Assembly: GCA_963924565.1 (NCBI GenBank)
Contig: OZ004608.1
Location: 32,922,001 to 32,986,000 of the forward strand
Reading direction: 5' to 3'
Length of the DNA stretch: 64,000 nucleotides
Origin: Ascidiella aspersa
Lineage: Eukaryota
Below the pieces are notes generated by a model. That model was not told the origin of the DNA, did not search any database, and saw only the letters and a list, made by a program, of their open reading frames with translations. Position numbers and translations under genes: made by a program. This document shows positions 13,001 to 24,000 of the stretch, one piece after another (the stretch's first letter is position 1; every line of letters starts with the position of its first letter).

Positions 13001-16000
13001 GTTAAGGTGAGCTCTATAAAAAAACAGTAAAAAAAATGATTGTTTTTAAGGGCCCTATTTGATCAGGAGCTTAAAAGCCGAACAGAAGAGTGGTTTAATA
13101 AGGCTATATGTGAGAGTAAACTGTTGCTTTATAGTTATACAAAATCGCCTGTAGTGTGTAACCCGTACCCTTAAAGTCAACGTAGAAAAGCATTGTATTT
13201 TAAGCAGCCAAGTCGACTTTGAGTCTAAAACCTCGACGGTACTGTGGTTTAAAAAGGCTAGAAAGGGCACACTGAAGCTTAATGCCAACTCCTCTGGTCT
13301 GACCCGTTTAAAACGTATCACGCAGAGCTGCAGAGCTGCAACAATGCGTTTTAGCCTGGCGATTGGCGAGTAATTTACGACTCTGCTGCTGGCGGGAGGC
13401 TTTGTCTCGCTTCTAGTTCAGTGTGTTTCTTAACTCATTTTGTGTGGGTTTGTAACGATGTAATACTTGTTAGCTCCCCTCTCCTGTTGAAAAATAAGAT
13501 AAATATCAAACTAAACAGAAATCTAGAGGAGTCGTGACAGCAAACTAAAACCGTGGAATACTGGTGACAGACAAACTCTATGCCCAGACTGTTTTAAAAT
13601 TAAACGACACAAATATCTGATATCTATAGCATGCGGACATCGAAAATTCCAACTACGGCCCAAAAAACAGGTTTAGCATGCTAAAAAAACAGTTTCGGAA
13701 AACAAACAATATCTACAAACGTCAAACAGCGTTTCAAACATTTGCAAAAGTAAAAGAACAGCGTTTAAAAATACTCTCAAAAAATCAGATCGCACATTAA
13801 CATACATAACCCGTTTGTTTGATTCTAACAAACTCAACATTTCGTTAATGCAAGACAAAATTGTCAACAGAAAAGGTGCAAGAAATGCGCTTGGGGCGAT
13901 ACAATTTTTGCACACAGTCGCCTTCAAATTTGAGTCAGACATTTATAAGTCAAAGATTGATGCGATTCATTTCATTGCAGCGACAAAATTACACTGCAAT
14001 TCGAACTGGATATCACTTTCAAAAATAAATCACTTACCACAGGGGTGTCCAACTCAAACATGCCGGCGTGCCAATTTTAATCTTATAACTTCTTGCCGTG
14101 CCAAAGTGTGTAGTAGAAATGCGCATTACTGCATCTAAGTGTTCGTCGGTGAGCTAACTATTGTAACTCCACACCAAGCTATATAATTGTGTTAATGCTA
14201 GCCTCCAGCCCTTCACCACAGTACAATGGTATATTATTATCAGATGTGTAATTGTTCGATGTCGTAATTGCTAGGATTGTTTTGTATTGTGAACAAACAA
14301 TGGCAATTGGCTGTAAAACAAATTCAGTATTTTTTGACAATTGACTGAATAACAAATTGTATTTTTTTTGACAATTGGCTAAATAAAAATGTTAGTGTTT
14401 TTTGGGGGACTTGCGTGCCATTTTTTATTTGGTAGCGTGTCACATTTGGCACGCGTGCCGCTTGTTGGACATCCCTGACTTTACACAAAGCAGACGAGCT
14501 TAAATGTTTTGTGTAGAACAGTGGCTCCTTGCACTTTTTAGTTAAGGTTAAAAATAACTTTTTATGGATTTTAATTATTGGTTTTAAAAGCTTGTATTTT
14601 ATGACCTGAAGTTAATAAATGAATAAACATGTTTTATTTCTGTTTCAAAAATTATCCCTCGTGTTTCCACAGTTACCCCTAAAGCTGTAAATTATTTTTT
14701 TTACGGAAGACCATTGATGGGTGAGACACTTTTGCAGATCGGTTAAACGCACACAAAACTTATTTATTGTGATTTTCTAAAATCTAGGTAAGTGTTTTTT
14801 TTGCCTACACTCTTAAAACAACCAAACATAACCCAACTAAGCTTCTTCGTGTATAGCTGACCCGATGGGCTGCTGAGAGACGGTCACGAGGCGGAATGAG
14901 GTTAACCAAACACGGAATAGCAGCTTTGTGAAGCTTACAAACAAACTTACCTGTCCTTAAGGGCCGTTTCCTGTGAGAAGGACTCCATTTAGGTCACCAA
15001 TCCTACGTTAACAAAACGCCAGCGTAAGACAAGGAACCGTTTTTTCTGCATCTAGTTCGAACTATTAATTTGTAAATGTACCAGGTGTAAAAGCAAAATA
15101 TTTGTCTCAACGGAACGCTTAGATATTTTCAGAGATGACGTCAGAAAGTTGCGTCATGACGAGGCGTCTAAAACAAATAACCTAATGAAACTTGAGGTTA
15201 TCTTTCGATGTAGAACACAAATACCTTAAACTGAAATCTTGATTTAAATACATTCGTGGCATGCCTAGGTGGCCTGGAAGAAGGGACATGGCCCGAAAAA
15301 AAAAGCATTTTATAAACAACAACACATTTTAGCTATACGGCTAATCTTCACAAATTATTTTACCATTAATTTCACAGCTTAAATGATCAGAAATTTGTCC
15401 ATGAGTCAAAGATTCGCAAATGCAGAAAACGGTTCGTAAACGAATCACAACTTTTGGTTCTGAGACCTTCGTTTAAAAACAAAAATTATTTACGAACAAA
15501 AATTTCTTGGTATTGCGTCAAAAACGAGAATGAACAACTTTTTATACGGAACCGGATTTTTTAAGACTAAGCAATCTTTTTTTGTAAACAAATACAGTAC
15601 CTTATACTTTTAGATTTTTCTAAGCCAACCAAACATTTCACCATAAACAATTTTTTTGCACGCTAACTGAAAATTGTGTTTTTTTCAGAGAGGAAGGTCT
15701 TCCACAGGTGGCAGACAGACGCACCTTCCTATAGGGAGGCGGTACGACGACCAACCGCCCAGCTACGCCGATATCGACTTTTCAGGTTCAACAGCGCCCA
15801 GGCAACTTGAAGTTGCAGTTGAGAGAGGTGAGATCACGGGCTGTTTAGAGATGTTCTATGGTTTTGGATATGATCCAATGCCGACTGCCTAGTGATAGCA
15901 TCAGTACTCGTCCGATACTATAAGATGGCAATGTTGCAGATCCGATGCCAAATTAATATTTTATTTTAACTAGGGATGCCCGATAATTGACATTTCATTC

Positions 16001-18627
16001 CGATGCCCACAAAAGATATTTTGGACAAAAATTACCGCGATATAATCCGATACCAAATGACGTCATTACTATGCTCATATAAGCGAAATAAATTAAATGC
16101 TAGTTTTTAAAGGTAATTTTTCCAGGTTTTTAAATTAACATTTGCAATAGCTTAAGAAAGTTTATTATGTTCAGTTGTTAATCTTGTATATTTAAAAAAA
16201 ATACCTTTGAAGGTAGAAATACATGCGTTGAATCGCAAATCAATGCTGAAAATTCTATATAGATTTAGTATTGGATCGGCACCGATACCACCCTAGTATC
16301 GGACGAGTACCGATACCATTACTTGGCGTCGGGTATCGATTTTTATATAGTGCGTTTCGGGGTAGTAAAGACGGAATGGCATTAAACATATGTTTAACCA
16401 GTGCAATATACTTTTTTTGTCTCAGTCAAAATCAGTCACTATAGGTTCTAGTTTATTGTATTCGGTTTTTAGAGACTGATGATGCCGTGATTGGCGAAAT
16501 ATATTTTTCTTTTATAAACTAGAACCTATAGTGACTGATTTTGACTGAGACAAGAAAGTCTAAAGTATATGTTTAACCAGCTGTTTAAAAGTGAAAATTA
16601 TTTACTCGTACTTTTAACGGTCATGCCAACTTTGGGCTGCTGCATAATTTTGTCCTGAAAAATTAGTAGTTTTACTCTTGCCATTTATTAAGGCCACAAT
16701 AACAATAAAAAACGTGTCCAATGACCTCTACAAATTAAACGTCTGCCAATTTCGCCGCTGGTCTACCGAAACGATTAAGTTTGACGTCACATATTGTGAA
16801 CAACGGTCATTAGGTTCTCGCTTTTCGTTAAAATTACATGTCCATTATTGCTTTACGTAGAAATACAAATGCCAGGTCCGGCCGTATAAGGTCGTCCAGC
16901 GAGAATGCGTCGTAATTTAATCTGCTATCTAATGCTCCGAAAAAAATAATTCGCCGACTGACCAACCGTAGGATTTGCAATTGATTTAAAATGATCCTGG
17001 GCTCTTTTTCAATCCGGCAAGTTTGAAAAATAAATTTACCGACTCTGTACAAAATTTTTACCTTCGCTGCTCCGTGGAAACTAGCTTTATAAACACTAAA
17101 CATGTAGGGAAGCTTATGCATGGATCTGTAATGAAGATTGATAAATGAATTTCAAAGCCAAAAAGGTCGGGTAGATCGAAATCATTTTGATAAAGACGTT
17201 TTGATATGACCTTGTATCATCTTAAGTTAACGTCTTTAACTTTTACTTGTATTCCACAAGTAACAATAACTGAAGATGATACAAAGATCGTATCGAAACG
17301 TCTTGTGGCTTTGAAAATCGTTATCAAATAAATATCTATTTCTAAAAAACAAGCAAAAATATCCACAAAATAGGTATATTGTTACTGCTGCCTTTACTTG
17401 ACTAAAAATGCGTCGATGGCAGATTTGGGTTTGGCTAAGATTAGACCAAGAACACCACGCCTTGTTCTATATTAACCTATCCCCAAAATCCGTCTTTTAT
17501 CTTCGAGCAATCGCTTGTGTTACGTCATCGACTAGTGGTTGAAGAAAGTCTGTTTGTCGTTAAGCGAGACGTCAGGCCGAATTAGGTGACGTGACAAGTT
17601 AAATAGAAAATGGAGTTTCCCCGGTGGAATGGTTGTGATAATGTGTCAGTATGCGGCCGGAATTCTCCTGCCATTTACAAAAATTATTTTCTCATGTAAA
17701 ATACCGACCTAACGTTTTTTTCCACCACTCATTAGGCGTCATATATACTGCCAATAGACTATAAAAGTTTAATATTTTAGGCTCTATGTCTATGATATAG
17801 ATGCTAAACCCCGAAATTTTTAAGGTAGGGCCTACTCGTTTTTCTAAAAAAAAAACGTTTTATTTTTGGTGAATGTGCTTCGTTTGAGGCGATTTGGTAA
17901 CTCTACAAGGGTTTAAAGAATAACTATATTAGCCTGTTTTAAATAAAGTGCCTATTTTAAATAAAAAATAAAGTGCCTATTTTAAATAAAGTAAAGTACA
18001 AACATCCTACTTCCTCATCTAATTTATAATAATACCAAAATTGATGAAAAAGTGTAATTTCGACCAAAAATAACAAACAGATGTCGGTTTAGGTCGTTTA
18101 CCTTGCTGCATGTCCTGATTTCAGTTAATAGCCTAAAATTGTCTAATTTTTTAATCACTAAGCCTCGATTTAAAATAAGTATCTATAATTGCTTTAAAGG
18201 TTGCGCCGGAACATTTTCCAACATCGCCGTCGCCGATCCGAAAACCGAAGACGACGCGATCGCCGTGTACTGGAGCAATGATGTCACGAATGACGACACC
18301 AGCAGTGACGTACCCCCTCCCGTCTACTCGTGTGTCGTCATCACGAACGGTGACGTAACACAGGGCACGGACTCGGTGCAATCGGTCCAAGATTCATCGC
18401 CGCCCGAATATTCAAGCGCGGTTGAGCGAACGACTGACTCCGTGGCGCCGCGTAGCGACAATGGGAGAGGGAGAAACCTTTTCCGCGTGGTGTCGCTGAC
18501 GAGGCTGTTCGATAACGCGCTGCGAACGGTTTCGCAAATCGTGGCAAGGGAAACGATTCGGACTCGCGAACGGGAGAGTTCTACAGTCAGTAACTCGAAT
18601 CAGCCGCAAACGCCGCCAACTGTATAA
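10008..18627 (+). CDS. Single-pass membrane protein with three PPxY motifs (NEDD4-family WW-adaptor-like architecture), ~294 aa
   Basis: Exons 10008-10325 (phase 0 out), 15689-15827 (phase 1 out) and 18200-18627 are GT-AG and phase-consistent. N-terminal sequons NGT and NIT precede TM segment ITAGVFMVLMIAIVTTLLL, then CCC and RKRRRQR. The tail carries PPSY, PPVY and PPEY. The start is uncertain (possible upstream exon at 7725-7730). Confidence 0.78.
14040..14477. mobile_element. hAT (Charlie-like) MITE
   Basis: TIRs CAGGGGTGTCCAAC and GTTGGACATCCCTG (1 mismatch), GCGTGCC subterminal motifs, and flanks ACTTACCA/ACTTTACA as a decayed TSD. Confidence 0.8.
16388..16580. mobile_element. Foldback insertion: 40-bp perfect inverted repeat around a hammerhead motif, flanked by 14-bp direct repeats
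   Basis: 16417-16456 is the exact reverse complement of 16514-16553. ATATGTTTAACCAG occurs at 16388-16401 and 16567-16580. Confidence 0.8.
16471..16510 (+). ncRNA. Minimal type-I hammerhead ribozyme motif
   Basis: AGAGA-CTGATGA-T-GCC-GTGATT-GGC-GAAA-TATA-TT^TTTCT. The core is intact, with stem II GCC/GGC and stem I AGAGA/TTTCT. Confidence 0.75.
17254..17308 (+). ncRNA. Minimal hammerhead motif in an inverted Penelope-like remnant (~17123-17330)
   Basis: CTGAAGA-T-GATAC-AAAGATC-GTATC-GAAA-CG-TC^TTGTGG, with a 5-bp stem II. A degenerate inverted copy lies at ~17193-17229, and outer arms ~17140-17165 and ~17302-17327 are complementary. Confidence 0.75.
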
Positions 18628-18885
18628 CTTGCGGTCGCGGACTGGCGAAAACGACCGTCAATTAACACCACTGTCCATACCAAAGAAACAAACTAATTTC
18701 GCCAAACCTATTACCCTGATAACCGGCGTTTTAACCTTTTAGGTGCAGTTTACCGGTTGTTGTTCTTGTTTTGTTCGTGTGTCCAATACAGAGAACGATC
18801 GGCGTTAAAGCCTTTTGACATACTGGAAACAATGTGATGGGTTGGGCAATTGGAACGGCGGGCAGATGTACCTGTGGCGTTAGAC

Positions 18886-19223
18886 CATAAATTCTTAAAC
18901 TGGGGTCCATGGACCCCCTGTGAGTTCGTGGACAAGTTTTAGGGGGTCATTAAAGGCTTAAATAAATCCTAGTGCATGAATAATATTTTTTTTAAAGAAA
19001 ACAGTTTAATCGCCAAAAACGCTTGAGCGCTTTCATCCTAAAGGTAACTATAGAAATTATTTCGGTTTCACATTTGTTGGACCGAGAACAGCATGTCTTT
19101 TAAGTGTACTTGTTTTACGATTTCATCTCTAAAATGTCATCCCTAAAATTCCATGCCAACCCTAGTTTACGCGAACCAAATTTATTTCAAGGTTCGGCGT
19201 TAAAAAAAGTTTAAGAACCCCTG
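18886..19223 (+). mobile_element. hAT (Charlie-like) MITE downstream of the PPxY gene
   Basis: Left end CATAAATTCTTAAACTGGGG, right end AGTTTAAGAACCCCTG. Flanks CGTTAGAC and CATTGGAC match 6/8. Confidence 0.65.
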
Positions 19224-20749
19224 CATTGGACAGACTTGTGAACGTGCGTGTTTTGCGTCGGGCTGGTCCTGACCAATGCGCGTCACAGGTTTCAAGTTAT
19301 CAAACACCAAGGTGTCTCGTGTTATGTCGATGTCAAGTGAAAGAATATTTTATCTGTGCTATATGTTTGAGTAAGAAAAAAAGAATAACAGGGGCAAGGG
19401 GAAACGATAAAGTTATGATCAGCATTTTTCCAAATTTTTACTTTTTTTAGTGTATTTACTGAAAGTATGTTTAATATTTTGCATTTACACCTTTATGTAA
19501 TAGGTGGACGGTTGCAAAATAAATTTGGTATTATTTACAATACAATCATACCCCAAATTTCGATTTTTTAATGCTTGCCTATATTGCAATCATAACATTT
19601 GCAAAGCTATTTCTGTATTACTTCAGCGACTAAAATTGAGGTGTTGCAATACAATTTTGAATTTCTATAGGTTTTTAACGTGCCCGCCTGAATCGTGTTT
19701 TTGTTTTTGCAAACTTTTTCTTTGTTTTTATCGCGAGTATTTTACGACGTTTACAGTTTCTTTATCGTTTGTCAACAAAACCTTTCCTAAACTTTAAGGA
19801 GTTGTTTTATGAGAGACATCACTCGAAACTAAGCAGTTTAAAAAGTAGCGAATGGAAATACATGAAAAAACTTTAAGAAAGGCATTTCCGACCGGGTGGA
19901 TCAGTGGTTCTCAAACTGGGGTCCGTGGTGCTCGGCATGGGTGCGAAATTTTCACGGGGTCCGCGCAACAACTTTAAAATTAGATGACTGGTGTATTATA
20001 TTAGCCGGGGCTTATCTTTCCTGTTGATTTTTTAGGATAATAAATTATTTGACAGCATTAGCAAGTGTAGATTAATTGTATAATTACTTATTTAAAGGTT
20101 AAGAGTAGCCTATTTGTTGTACCGTGATTATTAGCCTGTTAATCAGAGGTGAACAAAATACTAGATGTTAAGCCAATTATTCAAACCGTAAAAAAAACTA
20201 TTTATTCGCGCTTAAAACGCAAGATGTATAAGCCAAGCGCAAATCAATTGTAAACACTGAAATGAAAGCCTTTAATCACGCTGCATAAAAAAATAATGAA
20301 ACGAAAAACTATAGGCTCACCAAGCCATAACACTTGCACATCACCTCTGCCAAAATCTAGAATGCATTTTACGAAAGCGTTCAGATAGCGCCACTCATAA
20401 TAAATATTTCTTGTAAACAACGTTTTATAAACAAGACATAACACGGGAGTTTTCACAAACATGTGGGTCAAAGCATTTAAATTTTCACCATTTAATCGAT
20501 GTTTCTTAGTTTACCATCCATAAAACAACACCCGCGTATATTTCACCAATGATCAGAACAGCCACGTTTAAGTTGGTCAATGTGTTCATGCAAGATGTAG
20601 TAAAAGACTGGGATTAAGTGATGAGAACAGTACAACCAAATGTAATCCATAACGTGATGAAAAGGTAAAGTGTGAAGCCGATCTAAGCTGTTAAAATACA
20701 TACATTCGCAGTCGTACAAGTCAATAGCTTAAGAGTGGGCAAAAAACAA

Positions 20750-21044
20750 GGCCATATACATGACAGCACGTCCCTATACCGCCTCTATACGTGTCGCATA
20801 TACAGTCAGTCCAGCAAGAACGGTGACGCGTATTCCTATCGCTTACGTCATTGGCACATTGGGCCTTCTTCTTTCTAATCTGAACAGTTGTCGCTTCTGG
20901 GTGACGCAGCCCTGTGGGACCGGCTGCATAGATCTGCGCAAGGAGTCTAGAGCTATTTTCATTTCGCTGCTCGTCAGTCTGTGCTGTGTTACCGCTGTTG
21001 TTCTATCTCTCTCGCGCTCTCTCTACTAAAGTGACCCAGGCAAA
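20750..21044 (+). promoter_or_regulatory. Troponin C upstream regulatory region with CRE-like half-sites and an E-box
   Basis: GTGACG (~20823), TTACGTCA (~20843), CAGTTG (~20885), GTGACG (~20901) and CGTCA (~20972) cluster before the ATG. CRE-like and E-box clusters are an established feature of ascidian muscle-gene promoters. Confidence 0.55.
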
Positions 21045-24000
21045 ATGGTGAGTACGTTAATGGTAATGCTATTATGAGTCAATGTAGTGGGGTTATTGTT
21101 CTTTACGGGAGAGTAATTATGAGCGAATTTACCCCCAAAAATTGCTTGTAGGTGAACAATAAAGTGGAAGAAATAAGCGCTCAGAAAAACGGATTTTTTT
21201 ATTGAGCGTTTTCAAAAACTATATATTTTTATTGTTTGGTTATTGTTCTTCACGGGAGCACAACTATGGGCGATTTTGATTAAAAATATTCGCTCAACGT
21301 GTAAAATAACGTAGAGAAAATAAGCGCACAGAAAAATAGTTTTTTTGAAAATATTTAAAAAAATGTTTTGTAAATTCTAAAATTACATCTAATTCGCAAT
21401 TTTTTTTATGACAATTTCGGTAAATTTCGTTTTTGAAAATATTATATAAATTTTATTTGGAAATTAGTTAGTATCATGTATTAGGCAACGATAGCAAGTC
21501 TGAAAGCGATTTCTATTCAGACCTATACGTTTCTTGTGGACCTTTTTTTTTAATTCTGTAGAAAAAACGACGTTAATGGTGACGATGTGGCGCTACCGAA
21601 TTACCATAACAGAAAATGCGTTTGGCAAACTCTAATAAACATTTAGTAATATTTGTTTTACCATTCAAAATCACATTTAAACATATATTTTTAAAAACGC
21701 AGGAGGTTGTATTATCAGAAGAACAGAAATGTGGTAAGAAAAATGATTTATTTGTTTAACATCAAAATTCTCTATAATAGCCATAGGTTGAACTAATGAA
21801 TACAAACGAGTGACACGCAGCGCGAATTACAAATATAAATAGGCCTACGCTATGATACCGCTTGTAAAAGGAACTTTAAAAAGGTGGTATCTATATTTGG
21901 TTTAGCTAGCAATCTAGCAATATCGTTACAATATTTGTTTTATTTTACGCAATCCCTGTGCATATAATCTTTATAGGGGAGATTTTTTTCACTTCGGACA
22001 TATTCATAACAACATAAAGTTCGCTAGTTTCTAGTCTCAACTCAATTTACACAAAACGTTAGCTGTGTTGAAGGTGTTTGAATAGTGTTAGGTGCGTTTA
22101 TTTTTGTTTTTGTTTTATCTGCTTATAAAGCTGACGAAGGATAACAGGAATAATCTCGAAACTATAGCAATACTTCTAGGCGATCTTTAAGTGCCAATAG
22201 CCTTAACAGTAAACATAATTGAAGTGAAAGTACATGTTTAACGAAACCCGAATAATTCTGAGCCAGCTTGCACAAACGACCATCGAAGAACAACGTCACA
22301 CTAAAGTTCGTAGCGAACATGCCCTAATTAGGAGCGTTGGGAGGTATACAAGGGCCAAACGAAATCTGTGAAAACGATTTAACACAGGGACACAGTAGAT
22401 ATTGGCTTTCTGTTTATGAGTGTTAAGGTTATGCGAGTAAGCTTCCACAGTTTATCTTGTCGAAACCCGTCCAAATAAGTCCTAAATATATCGCAATAAC
22501 ACCCAAACCTTCAGGGTGGGGATATGGGACGATCGGAGGCCACCGGTCTGGTATTGGTCGCTTTGGTTTCGACGTTAGGGTGCCTCAGTTTAAACTGCGT
22601 CTTTGGTACGGCTGTTTTGGCTCTGGTCTGTTTACCCCTGTTTGGGGTTACTTGCTAGGCTTAGGATTTGAGTCAGGGATTATTATACAAAGACTTTGTT
22701 TCTTGGCCTAAGGCTTTAATCTGACGGGTTTAGGTCGTATTCCGATTTAGTCGTTTTTCGGAATATTGTGCATTAGTCCTGCTTTTGCCTTTTTGAATAA
22801 ATAACAAGTCAAGTCCCGGTCAAGTCATAATTAAAGCAAGTCAATTCCAAGAAGTCCCTGATACAAATTTTGGGTAAACTCGTCCGATTATGAGCAATGC
22901 TCTAAAAAATGCTAAAAAGGCAATAGAGGGAGAAAAAATTGTTTCACGTGCAAAACTTGGGATAAATAACCTTATTTTACAAAACAAATCTTAATGAGAA
23001 CACTTAATTTTGGGTGAATGATATGTTGCACTGAATATGTGAATAATGGAAATCACCTTGACCCTTGCAAGATAAATGTCGACCTTAATTCCTGATCCCT
23101 TGATATACTGACGATGCCTTGGATTGGCGAAATATATATATATCTTTAAGATCTGTTTATTGTGTCTGACCTGAATTGCTAGCTTTGCTAGAGTATTTTG
23201 CTGACACTTAATTTCAACCCATATAATTTGTCTAAAAGACTTAAGTCAAGTCAAGTCATTTTGCCAAAAAGTCATTTTCCAAAAAGACTTCTCAGTCAAG
23301 TCAAGTCATTTGAACAGAGTGACCTAAGCGTACTTAAGTCAAGTCATTGAATTAAGCCATTACAACACGGCCGTCTTTACCCACTACCTATTCCACTGAA
23401 TCGTGTTCTTAACAATATAACATTATGTATATGCCAAATGCGCGCGCGGCAGAGTTTAAGGCGGCCTTCGAAGTTTTCACGGCTGACTCCGACGACGGAA
23501 CCATCACCACCAAAGAGCTGAGCAAAGTGATGCGGATCCTCGGGCAGAATCCCTCCGACCAGGAGCTCAAGGAGATGGTGGATGAGGTTGACATGGATGG
23601 TGAGAAACAATGAGAGCTGGAGAAAAGGATAACTGCCGAATTTGGAGTTGATTTGAACTTTGTGTTGTCAATGATGTGGATGCTGTAGGAATTGAAGGAT
23701 TTTGGAATGATGTTTATAGCCAGTTTGGAAACTTGTAATTTTGTTTGACTTATTAACTTTTTGTTGCATGACTGATAACTTTCTGGTAGGTTGCATGGTT
23801 AAGAGGATACAGATAAGAACGTTTTAGTCCGATGAAGAAGCTTTACATTGCGTGGTAATTACAGTTGGACGAAATTACAGTATTCGTTTGTTAGAATATC
23901 CCCTCACTTCTTGTGAGTGTTGTTAGCAGCAAATCCACTAAACGACAATAGTGGAGTCATACAGCCTATTTGTGAACGGGAGACTTTGACAAGTTACAAG

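Noticed and set aside
19805-19845. TTTATGA-GAG...CTC-GAAA hammerhead-like string
   Set aside because: C3 and G5 are missing and stem I does not pair.
20955-20980. Minus-strand CTGACGA-GCAGC-GAAA upstream of TnC
   Set aside because: Stem II cannot form properly and there is no UH cleavage site or stem I. It is better explained as a CRE-like half-site.
22128-22168. CTGACGA...GAAA hammerhead-like motif in TnC intron 2
   Set aside because: Stem II is mispaired and stem I is absent. At most a decayed copy.
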